NCBI GenBank assembly: GCA_030141605.1
Contig: JAQGDQ010000146.1
Location: 379,933 to 443,932 of the forward strand
Length of the DNA stretch: 64,000 nt
Reading direction: 5' to 3'
Origin: Tubiluchus corallicola
Lineage: Eukaryota > Animalia > Priapulida
Each line of letters starts with the position of its first letter. Positions within the stretch are counted from its first letter, which is position 1. Positions 25,535-37,797 of the stretch are shown here, piece by piece. Position numbers and translations under genes: made by a program. Below the pieces are notes generated by a model. That model did no database searches and had not been told where the DNA came from. It saw only the letters and a list, made by a program, of their open reading frames with translations.

Positions 25535-27978
25535 TTAAATTTATATCAAAATTTCATTTTCGTTGGATAGTAGTAAATGTTCTGGTGTAGATCTACCTAT
25601 GTCAATCGCACGATTTTTGTTGAAACAAATGTTGGTAATTATGTTGGTCATTGGTCAAATGTTGGTCATTGATTATGTTTGTTATTGCTCAAATGATGGT
25701 CATATGTAATGGTCATTATGCCGGCGTCTTTCCGTGCAAAGGGAAGATCTTATTAGGATGTTTTGGATGAGGAAAAGGTTAGTTAGTGATGTTAATTACA
25801 GATAGCAGTTGTGCCTTAGGGTTCGCCAATATTTTCAGTATAACTTTGCACATAATTAAAGCAGACTTTCTCGAGTTACTCACAAAGCGTACAGAAATCT
25901 GGAGTACATGGCCTGGTGAAAGCTAGTATAAGCCCACTAACAACTTTTTACATTTCCAATTCTTTCGGTCACGTTTTGCTTTCAAAAATTTAATAATTAT
26001 TCCATTGTTAATTGCAACCGTTTTCTGAATTTAAAAAATGATGATAGTGTTTGCAAGCTAAGTTTTTCTGTACATAACTAGCTAGACTAAATATACACAG
26101 AAAAGGTGGATTGTAAATTTATCGAAATTTGCGTTTTACTTTCAACACTAGAATAACATAATTACGGAGAACTCTGCTCCCCTGTCTAAATTTCATAGGA
26201 ATTGAGCAGTGTTGTGACATACCAAATCATGCAAACTCTACTATTATCGTATAGAATAATTACTCGTGGATAGACATGCATTATCAGTATCACTATCAGT
26301 ACTACCAGTAATCCTAAACAACGTCAAAGAAAATCTTAGCAAAAAGTTACCTTTTATTTTACTGAATCTTAATTCGATTTTCAATAGCCGACACTACACT
26401 TTCTAGGCATTCTTATACTTACTGTACTTTAATAGTTTAGCATTATTCAGAAAAAAGTGGCAAAAAATTGAACAGTAAACACTTTCTTGTCACCTGCTCA
26501 AAACATGAGGCACTTACGTAGCGCCACCTCTAGTTCTTTTAGACAATGAAAGGCCAGCTTACGCATTGTTTGCCGGAGATCACGAGGGTGCCGTCCCGTA
26601 CGTGTGCTGTATTTAGTCGTCCCGGTAAAGCGGACTTTCTGGATTCATTCGTATAGGAATCTGGAGGCCTCGGCCAAGTGAAAGCTATAGACTCACTAAC
26701 AATTTTTATATTTTCAATTCTTTCGGCCACGTTTTGCTTTCAAAAATTTAATAATTATTCCATCGTTAATTACAGCTGTTTTGTGAATTTTAAAGAAAAA
26801 TGATGATAATATTTGCAAGCTATGTGTTTCAGTACATAACCAGCTAGACGTAGGGTTACTGCAGGTAACTAATATAACAGAGGACATCAACCCATCACCT
26901 CACAATGACACGGGCGGGTGACAGGAATTAACGTATATAAGAACACGTGTCGTCATTATTCTTGATAATGCAGGAAATGGGCGGGAGCGTCTTTGTCTAC
27001 TTGCCATTCTTATTACACTAGATGAGATTGAAATTGCATACTAATAGTGCCAACTACTTTTGCCTCTCAAGATCAGTGAGCTAAACAGAGCAGATGGCAA
27101 AGAGGTATTGCCTCTTCGGTATTGAAAGTCGCTTTCTACATAGGTTCCATATGACATGAAAAGAAAGGTTTGATACGTGTTAAAGATTCTGGGCATTATT
27201 ATACGTATCATGGCTGTACAGGGTATAATAACAATATAGCAATAACATTGAACATTTAAAATTGATCCATTAGAGCGTAAAAGCAGGTCTAGTGCACCAC
27301 AGTTTACAAGAAGATTCAGACAGTATTATTATTATTATTATTATTGTTGTTGTTGTTGTTGTTGTTACAAGAAGGTGTCCCTCTATTTACAGGGAGTTGT
27401 TCTACATGTAAATAAAACTGATTGATTTGAATATATTAAGACAAATCACAGATATAGAGTTACATAAATAAAAGGTTGAGTGATAATGTTACACAAACTC
27501 ACGTAGTATTAATTTGAAATTAAACAAAGCTGACTTGTACACAACATTAATACCGACTAGATTGACAATGTTGATTATACAATTTTTATAGGCCCTAATT
27601 TGTTTAACGGAAATTTCAATATATCTACCGAATTGTATGGAGAGTAGATATCATTACAGATACACGAGTCGGTCAATAATTTAGCTGGATTACATACATA
27701 ATTAGCACAGGGTTTAATTTCAGTTTCATTTGTAAAAAGACGGTAATACAGACAGTAAAGAATTCGTTACGAATTTTTTTACAGGTTTAGTATTCGTGAG
27801 CCACAGAGATTCGTGAGCCACAGAGAACACGGAAGCAATAATGGAGTGTCTTGTTACTATTAAAAATTAAATGCCTGTTTAGCGGCTAGGTTGTACGACC
27901 ACTAATGTGTCTTGAGGCAGTTAGTGGGAAATGTCCTTTGGACCTTGGTTATTTTTGTTTGTAACATTCAGCAAGCCA

Positions 27979-28575
27979 TTAAAGGAAGACAGGACGATTT
28001 TTCATATACCACCCCATTTTCAAGTTCGACAAAAAGTATACATTTTAACGCGATTAATACTGCATTAAAAACTTAATTAACAGCAGGCAAGCCCAACTAT
28101 TGATGACATCACAAACTAACATAATTTACAACAGCAAAAATGTTCCACGAGCGTGTTGCACGTATTTACAAAAGCGAAAATTGAAGTACAGTTCTACTGC
28201 AAGATATTTAGTGTGTTGTACTAAAACAAGGCAGGTTTTAAGATAAAAATTCAAATTTGGACTTTACCGGTGTCCTCACGCATGAGCTGTAAACATGTGT
28301 AGTTCGTCACAAACTAACACATCTGAACTGAGAGGTACAACACCTGTTTTTCGTGCAAAGCATTTTCGAAATGCAGGCGCTAGTACCCGTCTAACTAGCG
28401 AATGGCAAAATGCATGTAACAGCGTAGAATTAGTGGCGCAAACGTGAAATTGTGTTTGTGTGGTAATAATTCTTTCACGTAAATCACTTTTGGAAAATTA
28501 GTATGTTTCCTTTCAATATTTTAAAGAGTAGACTGTTTTGACCTACAGTTTAAGATTGAGTTCAGTTTTGCTTTA
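27979..28575 (-). mobile_element. Kolobok-like family A copy
   Basis: TTAAAGGAAGACAGG ... gttttgctttaa; ends ~55 bp upstream of the FKRP-like splice acceptor. Confidence 0.8.
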
Positions 28576-28715
28576 AATGTTCGTTAAGTGGCGTTCAAGT
28601 AACCATTTTTCTGTTTTTTTTTTTTTGTAGGATGGCTTTATTGAATCGAGACGATAGCAAAAGCTGATCCTCGGTGACATTGTAGTCATCATTATCATCC
28701 GTTATCGTCGTCATT

Positions 28716-30557
28716 ATGCGAAAACTGAAGGTTAAGATATTTGGGTTCATATGCAGGCGGTATGGAAATCGATGGTATCAAGCACAGCTGCTTATCGTTT
28801 ATGGTGTAGTCTTTTTATCCATCAGCCTATTCGTGTTCTCGTTGCACATGACGAATGACTGTGTGCTGCCACCTATGAGGCAGATTAAACAACTTAACAC
28901 CGAGCCTTCTCTGGAGGGATACAGAGACGGGGTACAAAGTTATACAAATTTAGATGCTCTCGCACATTGCAAGTTTTACGTGTTACGTCGAAACTATCGC
29001 GAGGAAGTGCAAAATTTAATATGGAAAAGATTGAATGCGATAAATCTAAAGCTAAACGATGCACTGCGCCAAGCAGGAGAAGCAAATGTGGTGGAAAGGA
29101 TTCGTTCTGCTCAAACCGTTTCAAGAGACATATCAGTTAGCTTGAAGCCACACGTACTATTGAAAAAAAGTGCACAAACTTCGAGTGAAACTTCCAAACA
29201 GGAAAGCAATATAACTTCCGTTTGTCCTGAAATTTTCCGTGGCGAAAGTTATGGGTATCCGTTCTTTTACACGGGATTCGAAACTAAGCATTGTTCCTAT
29301 GCCAAACCGTTATACAAACTAATTTCTATTGTGCTTATTTATAATGGTGTGCCAATAAATCGATTTTCTATATTGAAAGAGATTGATCTTTATTATCCAG
29401 GTGTTACTGTGATATTAGCTGCTGGTGATGACAGCATAAGTAAATTACTAACAAAACTGCAGCTGAAAAGCCTGCAAGTAGTGGCAAATATCGCACATCT
29501 ATCAAATGGTGAAATCTTGAATGCTTTGGTAAGCAGAGTCAAAACACCATTTGTTTTAGTTGGTAGAGACCTATCAAAGTTTACCAATGACACACGACTT
29601 GAACGATTAATTCGGGAGTTGGAACTGTTGAATGTTAGCATCGTAGGAGGTGCTGAAAGAGGAGCCAAAGGAAGGTGGTTCATGGGATGTTCTCAGGTGG
29701 TGTTTGGAACAGAAGATCTGTCATATATACCGGGATATCATCAGTCAATGCATGAATGTGTAGTCTGTGATTCTCTTTCCGGCTCCTTTGTCACTAGGAC
29801 AACACTTCTGAAAAAGATTCCATTTACCAAAAAAGTTAATTCTGCTGTGATGTTTGAAGATTGGTTCTTACAGCTCAAGAACCAAGAAAGAAAGTCTCTA
29901 GTCTGTCCCGACTCAATGTTTTTCACTGATGGGGGACAACTGTCGACCAATGATCATGATTTAGACTGGGTTAATCTTCTGCAAAAGTGGAATTTTTCAC
30001 GTGTTAAACTTCCGAACGGAAGGTCTGTGAATTATCCCTGTGATATTAGTCTAACAAGTACTAACCATGACAGATGTGACCACAGGTCACTCACAAAGGC
30101 AATAAAATTTGTAATGGATGCTTGTGAAAAAAATGGTGTTGTATGTGAACTTCACAACAGTTCCTTTTTAGCTATTTTAAAATCTGGTCAGCCTGATAGA
30201 AAAGATGCATTTATAGCTTTTTCTATGTCAAACTATAAAATATTGAAAGCAATGCTAAATGAACTGCAAGAAGCTGGCTATATACTCAAACAAACCTGCT
30301 GCGCTAAAAACACGCCATCTGGTGACCAGTTTTTGCTGACGTCATCAACTGGTGGATGGCATATTAGTCTCTCGGGAGCGACGTCATTAGATAGTTCAAG
30401 GCTAATATCCCTTGATAGCTCACCTACAAAAATTTTATTGGGAGGAAGCCTTGTGAATGTTCCAGAAAATCCTGGGGCTAATTTGCAAAGCACTTCTGAG
30501 GGAAAAGACAGTTTGTTTCATTCTAGTCATAATCAAAGAAGAAAACAATTAAGTTGA
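28716..30557 (+). CDS. Fukutin-related (FKRP/LicD family)-like type II Golgi membrane protein, 613 aa, single coding exon
   Basis: Long ORF with N-terminal TM anchor (LLIVYGVVFLSISLFVFSL), GT-A-like stem (VKTPFVLVGRD, IVGG, CVVCD, FEDWFL, CPDSMF) and LicD-like C-terminus (MDACEKNGVVCEL...PENPG); acceptor ttttgtag at 28630; AATAAA at 30620. Confidence 0.85.
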   Translation: MRKLKVKIFGFICRRYGNRWYQAQLLIVYGVVFLSISLFVFSLHMTNDCVLPPMRQIKQLNTEPSLEGYRDGVQSYTNLDALAHCKFYVLRRNYREEVQNLIWKRLNAINLKLNDALRQAGEANVVERIRSAQTVSRDISVSLKPHVLLKKSAQTSSETSKQESNITSVCPEIFRGESYGYPFFYTGFETKHCSYAKPLYKLISIVLIYNGVPINRFSILKEIDLYYPGVTVILAAGDDSISKLLTKLQLKSLQVVANIAHLSNGEILNALVSRVKTPFVLVGRDLSKFTNDTRLERLIRELELLNVSIVGGAERGAKGRWFMGCSQVVFGTEDLSYIPGYHQSMHECVVCDSLSGSFVTRTTLLKKIPFTKKVNSAVMFEDWFLQLKNQERKSLVCPDSMFFTDGGQLSTNDHDLDWVNLLQKWNFSRVKLPNGRSVNYPCDISLTSTNHDRCDHRSLTKAIKFVMDACEKNGVVCELHNSSFLAILKSGQPDRKDAFIAFSMSNYKILKAMLNELQEAGYILKQTCCAKNTPSGDQFLLTSSTGGWHISLSGATSLDSSRLISLDSSPTKILLGGSLVNVPENPGANLQSTSEGKDSLFHSSHNQRRKQLS

Positions 30558-30802
30558 TAGCAACACACGCAATTTTGATTTTAAAAATTAATTGTTAATG
30601 CATATGTACATATCAATATAATAAAAAAATCTTTTAAGACAACATGTAGTAACTGTTTTTTAATGTAATAGATGTACTGTACATTAATAAGCTGAAGAGT
30701 GCCAATAAGTAATCGTAATGACAATATGGTACTATAAAATTTTGTTAGAAGTATGATTGTATGGAACGTTTTAAAAGACACAAACATAGATAGGCAGGCA
30801 AT

Positions 30803-31485
30803 TTAAAGGCAAACTCTCCACTTACATAAAGCTTAAAAAATTCGTCTTGAAAGTTTATACCACATACATACTGTCTTTTTGCATACAGCATTGTCGTCGA
30901 CAGTAACACTGTATAAAATATGTGAATTTAAACTCTGGCGATGACCCGGTAGATGCAGCCATTTTGACGATATGTCATTTGAAAAAGGTTTAGATAACAC
31001 CAAGTAAAGTTGAAAAAATAATCAGAGCATTCGTAGCACACACGTCACTAACAAAGTAAAATTCTAAGTCACTGTATTTTCTCAATAAGAATAAAAACAT
31101 TTTTTAGTTTGTGAGCGGTGCGCCCTGGAGGTGAGTCAATGACATTTTACTAATTGGTGCAAACATTTTAAATAATTGCTTATTTTCTTTTCTAGTTACA
31201 CAAATCTTTCAAGCAGGTAAGCGAAATGCTAAGTAATATAACTTTGCATGGAAAGTGTTTGAGACCTAATTTAACATTTCCTTTTCTTTTCCTGATTTAC
31301 GTTGTGTGTATATGACGTCATGTGATGGCGCTGTCGCAACAGTATTGCAGGAGATTTAAAATAAAAACAAACAAAAAGTCCATTCAACCCGAGTACGATA
31401 CACGCATAAAAATGCTGTAAAGTAATATATTTTTTAAGTCGATTTTTCTGAGATCCACTCCAGGTGCCTCTTTTCTTGTCCTTTA
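30803..31485 (-). mobile_element. Kolobok-like family B copy
   Basis: TTAAAGGCAAACTC ... cttgtcctttaa. Confidence 0.8.
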
Positions 31486-32192
31486 AATGATTCTCTGTTT
31501 AATCTAGAGCAGTTATGCACCTGGTTCAGCTCTGACCGTGAGTCTCATTCAGATTTAAATACTCTAAGCTTTAATTTGTAACTCCAGCGTCTTATCAGTG
31601 AATCAAGTCACGCGAAATTATCTTTAGCTTCGCGCCTAACATCAGACTTAAATGTCGACGCATTTTATTATTATTTAGTCACTTTGTGGATTATAAAGGA
31701 AAACAGTAATCAGTTTTAGAACATAATTATAGCATTATGAAGTGCCTCAAATATTCGAAAATATATTGAAATGCCATTAAAATTTTACTTTCTAAGAATG
31801 ACATGCTGAAAATTATTGCCTCGTAATTATAACCCTAATTTCGTTAATGTCTATTAGCAGTGGGAAAAAATACAAAAATGTATTTGAAATCTTTGACGTT
31901 TTCTGAAATCTTTAGTGGTGATTGAACTGAGAATGCGTAACGACGAAGCTTCGTAGTTGTTAACAATCAAAAATAATGCAACGGTAACAAATGACATAAC
32001 AATAAACAAATAGGTAAACAGACACACACTTAGCTAAAACCGGAATGTCCTCAGGTGAAAAACTTCAGATGGAGGAGCACGAAGTATTTAAGGAGGGACT
32101 CGGCTTTTGAATTGAAACCTCCAATACCCTGAGGACTCATTTCGAGTGTTACAAAACAGTCACTGATTACAACAGTCCATGATCTGCAAGCA

Positions 32193-32582
32193 GTAAGCCT
32201 TTTACAGCTCCAGCGATTGACGGTGATCCTGAAAAGGTCAAAGGTTAAGTGCACCAGACAACGCATTTGTGTAATCTTGGTAATGCCTCGGAACCAAAGC
32301 TACGGTAGTAGTAACAGTTTAACAACCAGCTAGAACCTTACCTAGTTCATTTTTTCTTATTCCCAAGCAAGAACCTGCTAGTAAATCACCCTATGCACAG
32401 ACGGATGCATAATTAAGTAAAGTCCACGTAAAACAACTGAAGTTACTGAACTGATGCAGCATACGGCTTTGTTTTACACACATATCACGTGACGGTTGTA
32501 GTTAAGATGCGTTGTTGTGGTACACTTAACTTTTAACCTGCAGCAACTGCGCGTGCGTACAACAAAACTGTGAAAAGGCTTA
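32193..32582 (+). mobile_element. TIR MITE family C copy
   Basis: taagcctttt ... aaaaggctta. Confidence 0.8.
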
Positions 32583-32859
32583 TTCCCATATGTAAACATG
32601 TTCACTAACCCTAGAAACAAGATGACATTTAGTCTGACCGATATAGGCAGCAGTACAAACTGCACAAGTGTGTTTGTAGGCCACGCCCACTCTCATCAGA
32701 GGGAAGCTAGAAACATGTTTAGTCAAGCAAGATGATAATTTGTTAATGATGATATTTTTACATTAATTTTAATGTCAACGTTATTATCATTATACTTAAA
32801 CTTAATTAATTTCATGATTGTGGTAAGACAATTTGTTTTTAAGAATTCAGAGTAATACT

Positions 32860-33135
32860 TTCCTGTCTTCTTTCCTCACATTCCTTTCCCCCTATCCTTT
32901 CTGTCTTCTTGGCCGCTCTCTCGTCCTTCAACCTCTCGTTTTCCCTAGTGCTCTCCTCTCACTCTGCTCTGTCTTTCTGCTGTCCCGTCCCTCTTTTCAT
33001 TTCCACCTTCCTTCCCCTTTCACTAAGTTTCTCTCTCTTTCTTTCTTGCTCTCTCTCACTCAGCTTTCTCTCTCTTTCTTTCTTACTCTCACTCTGCTTT
33101 CACTCTCTCCCTCTGTCTCCATCTCTCTCCTTCCT
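32860..33135. repeat. Degenerate CT-rich tract
   Basis: Directly visible. Confidence 0.8.
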
Positions 33136-33839
33136 TTACAAGTGCTTTAATGGCTAGATGAAAATTTGGGCAATATAGATTTGAAACACTTGCACGCGTA
33201 AGTGTTTTTATAGTACCGAACAGAAATATAGAAAAATACATCGGGTTTTAAGAACAAGTCTCTTTTATTCATAGAGGTGAAGAAATGAGCATCTTTATGG
33301 AGTGTTTCTTTACTGATGCCACTGCATCAAATCATTGAATAGCAAGAGCCATGCTATGCATGTAGTGTAAGGCATAGTTAAGATCAGAGAACCATAGATA
33401 ACTATTGTTCACTATTAACTAGGATTGACTTGATAGTGGTGTGATGCTGTGCACGCCTTAGCAGAAAATGGATAAACGTTTTTCTATAAATGTACAATAA
33501 ATTAATCCAGTTTAAACTTTATTTAATGTGTACAACGTATACAAAAGAATGCATATGTTCTATTCCAGCATAAAACCACGTGTTGTAATAGCACAATGAC
33601 TATAAGGGTTGATCATATTTCTGATGAAGATCAATTGCACGCTATCATCTTCATAGTAGTGATAATGATGGTGATGATGATATTAATTAATATAGCGTAA
33701 TACATAGGTTCACTTCCAGCAAGTACACGGGTCAGATAGTTTTCTTGTGTTCTGTACTTGATGGAACTGATTTAAAATAATATAGGTTATGTAGAAGTTT
33801 ACATGTGACTTTTATGGTCAAAATCTGTCCTGTTACTTG

Positions 33840-34040
33840 TGCATTCATTCACTCCATTCATTCGCTTGTCTTACCACGTCTTAAATATTCATTTGCTCGT
33901 TTGTTACCCCTTCATTCATTCATTCATTCACTCGTTTGTTCGTTCATTCATTCGTTCGTTCATTCGTTCATTCATACATCAATCATTCATACATTTATTC
34001 ACTCACTTGTCACACTGTTTCTATTCTTTCATTCATTTAT
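33840..34040. repeat. Degenerate (TTCA)n repeat
   Basis: Directly visible. Confidence 0.8.
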
Positions 34041-34135
34041 CCTAGTCATTAGTTTTTATTTCCTCGTTTTTCATTTTTCTATCTACCTGTTCATTTGCCA
34101 GTCTGTTTGTCCTTTCATGTCTGAGAACAACTACG

Positions 34136-34321
34136 AGAAGTTTTGAGAACTGATAGCGTTAGAAGATTCTCGAATAGGAAAGAAGTTCCTGGAATAATGT
34201 TAGAAACGGAAGTAAGAGACAGAAGAGGTGTTGAGCTGGAAATTTGGGTTAAAGTTAATTATGCTACTAGTGTCTCGCTCGACGTTTATTTTTGCCTATC
34301 TAACCAAATCGAGTGGACACC
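34136..34321 (+). promoter_or_regulatory. Putative SLC25A15 promoter and non-coding first exon with heat-shock elements
   Basis: Perfect HSE aGAAgaTTCtcGAAt at 34161-34175, two imperfect HSEs (34136, 34181), ETS acggaagt at ~34206, and donor GTGAGT at 34322. Confidence 0.45.
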
Positions 34322-35224
34322 GTGAGTGTGTAGTAACATATATAAAATTTATAATTATTGCATATAAATGCACAATTGGCACTTGCATATCTGTCTGTCT
34401 ATGTGCCACATCCAGTCGTTCATCTGTCAGTCAATCTACCCACCCGTTTTTTCCGTTGTTTCTTGTATTACAGTAACTTTTTTCTCTCCTTTTGACGTAA
34501 TGTGTAAATTGTAAGCTGCGTGATAGTATAATCTGAGATTGCGAGACGGAAGCGTCAATAGTTTTCTTTTCTTACCTATAGATGTCAGGCATGACGGAGT
34601 AAATAAAAACACGTTGCTTGACGTAAAGCATGATTGTAGTAAGTGGTAACATTGCTAATACAATAATATTGTTACTTTATGGTAGCGAAGTAGCGTGTTA
34701 ATTTTTTGTGTCTTTATTATATTAATTTTTATGAACATCGGATTCAATAGAAGAAGGTAACGAATGAACTGCTTCATAATTATTACAATGCCGAAAGTTT
34801 CCTCATAATTATTACATTGCTAATGCTAATTTTCAGTAAAGCTGTGTTTGTTGTGCTAAAATAATCAAGTACAGTATGTCATGTTAATATTTATACCAGC
34901 TTGTTGAATAACATCAGTGGGTGAGTTAGTAATAGTGTTAATAAGTAGTAGAAATTTCATGTTAATGGCTTGGAAAACATTTATTCATTAAATAAAGTAC
35001 ACAGGCTTTGATCTCTTATCCTTCAATGGTAATGGTAGTGGCCATTTGTATGGCGCCCACTTAAGTATCGGTATGAATTTGTGGGGTACTTATGTTCCAC
35101 ACAAGCAGTAGCAAGACTCTAGTCGATGTCATAATTAAGTCTGAGAGTTAGTAAATATACTCCTCTGAGTTGAAAAAGAGGACACTTTTTCGCACACTTG
35201 TAAGTAGGCAAAAATGACCAGTCT

Positions 35225-35809
35225 AGGGTCTACTAAACCTAAAACAGAAATGAAAGTTCTGCCACCACATGTCGAGCATTCGGCTTCCCAGTAATATTGA
35301 CCTGCGCGAAAACACGGGTACTTGGCCTTCATTTCATCTGTAAATGCACACTGTCGTTTTGGCATTGCTACTTTCTAATTAACTTTTACCAGTTGCTCAA
35401 AACTGCAAAACAGCGAAACTATACAAATTTAAAGAAATTCACATAAAAACAAACAAAATGGCTCCCAGAAGCTGACGTCATTTTAAGTCGTTAGCGAATA
35501 CGCCGAGTATCGACAGCTGTGGGAGTCGTGTGACCCATAGTGATGTGCACATCGCTTACTTTTGTTCAGTAAATATGTAAACAAAGCTTTTACAAGGGTT
35601 GCATTTTGAGATGTTAGCAACATCTTGTATTGAAAATTAACGAGCCTTTCTTTGTCTCGTACTGTCGTACGCCTCTGCAGTTGGAGCGTCCGTACATACT
35701 TACGGATTGAAGCAAAACCCAGACAAACTGCCGATTTTTTGAAAACCCGTTTGGACAGAGGCCCAAAAAGAGGACGTGTCTGGGGAAACCTGGACATGTG
35801 GTAACCCTA
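35225..35809 (-). mobile_element. 5' fragment of a hAT-superfamily transposon with BED-finger start
   Basis: Terminus TAGGGTTACCACATGTCC on the minus strand; ORF start MPKRQCAFTDEMKAKYPCFR...WEAECSTC..TFISV, then truncated. Confidence 0.7.
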
Positions 35810-36295
35810 CGCCTATTAGCAAGTGAAAATTGAATTATCATGAACGGTACAACAGTAGTCTGCTAAACTGGGCCCAAATTGATGTGCTGCAGTTACGACA
35901 GTTTCCATGTCTTAATTGGGGTTTTGGTGCGTGAAATTCTGAAACATCTCAAATTCATGTAACCATCTTATTTCTTTAATCACACCTGAAGCTCCTGTGT
36001 AACTTAGAAAGGAGAGACAAATTCAAATAACACATGTCATTATATTACTTATATGTCATACGACATTATTTAGTCACGCACTCATATGTTGCATGCATTT
36101 ATATATATTGGAAATAGGTAAATATACGAAGCTACTTTTAATAAATGCAAATTAATAAATTATCATCCAATTCATTCATGATAGTAATGTGTTACTGTGC
36201 CCGACTTTTAATGTGTCTGGCAGTAACAACGATGATGGTGATGATAATGAAGATGATGATGATTATGATGACATGACAATAATTAATCTACTCCT

Positions 36296-36326
36296 TTCTC
36301 CCTCTCTCTCTCCCTCTCTCTCACTT

Positions 36327-36370
<44 letters not shown>

Positions 36371-36420
36371 CTTCCCTCCCTTCCCCCCTCTCTTTATCCC
36401 CCTTTCTCTCTCCTACTCTG
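36296..36420. repeat. (CT)n microsatellite
   Basis: Directly visible. Confidence 0.9.
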
Positions 36421-37140
36421 CCTCAGCTTCGCATCAAGAAATGCGATTTTTAAGTCACGTGAAACTTAGAAGCAACAAATAGAGAGCAAAATATGACAGT
36501 ATTTCTTGAATTTATCTTGAGTCCACCGAAATAGAGTGTTTACGTGTATTGAATGGTGTATCTGCAATTAGGGAAAAACTGTAAGATCAAAAACTCAAAA
36601 GCCATGAAAATTCAACAGAATAGCAGTAAATACACGCATTTTATACATGTATAGCAAAATTAGTTGTAAGGTTATTGTTTGTTTTTGCTGAATGTGCTCC
36701 TTAACGTTGCATTCTTAATAATAATAAAGAAAAAGAAACTTGTAGAAAAGTAACATCTTGTATTTCAACTTAAGGAATTTCAAAATCCCTAATGTGTAAT
36801 GTATAGAAGAGGCAAAAGCTGCAGGTAGTTACACATTATACATTTTGATGACTACATTTTATATCCTTTTTAGACAGATTTATTGCTCACAGCAGTTGAC
36901 CATCGAGGAGCAAAAATCATAAAAAACACAATGGATTGCATGTTCATTTATGGACGGTATTAAGTGTTGAATTTTATATCCGTGTTTTCATTGCACTTGA
37001 CAGCTCTCAAATGTTCGAATCTTGATTTTTATTTAGTAAAGGTGAGCTGGTAAATTTCAAGGCTTTTTAATCTCTGGCTGCTGCAGATTTGAAGTATATA
37101 AGAGTTTGCTTTTACTAAGAGTTGTTTTAATAAATCACAC

Positions 37141-37672
37141 GTTAGAGGAGTGATGCTGAGCTCCGTGCTAAAGGTAAGGATGAGGAACAGGTAGGATGCT
37201 GAATGAAGATGCTGGTGATGGAGGCTGGTGACAAAGATGAGGAAGCAGTTTGAGTACAGTTAGTGAATAGGTTCATAGCATGTTAGAGGATGATGTTGGG
37301 CTCCGTGCTAAAGGTAAGGATGAGGAACAGGTAGGATGCTGAATGAAGATGCTGGTGGTGGAGGCTTGTGACAAAGATGAGGAAGCAGTTTGAGTACAGT
37401 TAGTGAATAGGTTCATAGCATGTTAGAGGGATGATGCTGGGCTCCGTGGTAAAGGTAAAGATGAGGAATTGGTCAGATGCTGGCGGCGGAGTCTGGTGAC
37501 AAAGATGAGGAAACAGTTTGAGTACGATCTGTGAATAGGCTCATAGCATGTTAGAGCAGTGATGCTAAGCTCTGTGCCAAAGGCAAGGATGAGGAACTGG
37601 TGAGATGCTGGTGATGGAGTCTGGTGATAAAGATGAGAAAACAGTTTGAATGCGACCAGTGAATAGGTTCAT
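37141..37672. repeat. ~128-141-bp tandem repeat, ~4 copies
   Basis: Unit gttagagga.tgatgctg.gctccgtgctaaaggtaaggatgaggaac...gtgaataggttcatagcat. Confidence 0.9.
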
Positions 37673-37797
37673 AACGATAACAGGTTTAAACGACTGGAAG
37701 ATTTTTCATAGATTGTGCAATGTTACCCAGTTCAGTGGCTTTTTCTTTTTCAGATTATTGCTGTATCGCTCCTGCATTTTTTGTCGCTCTAGTCACC

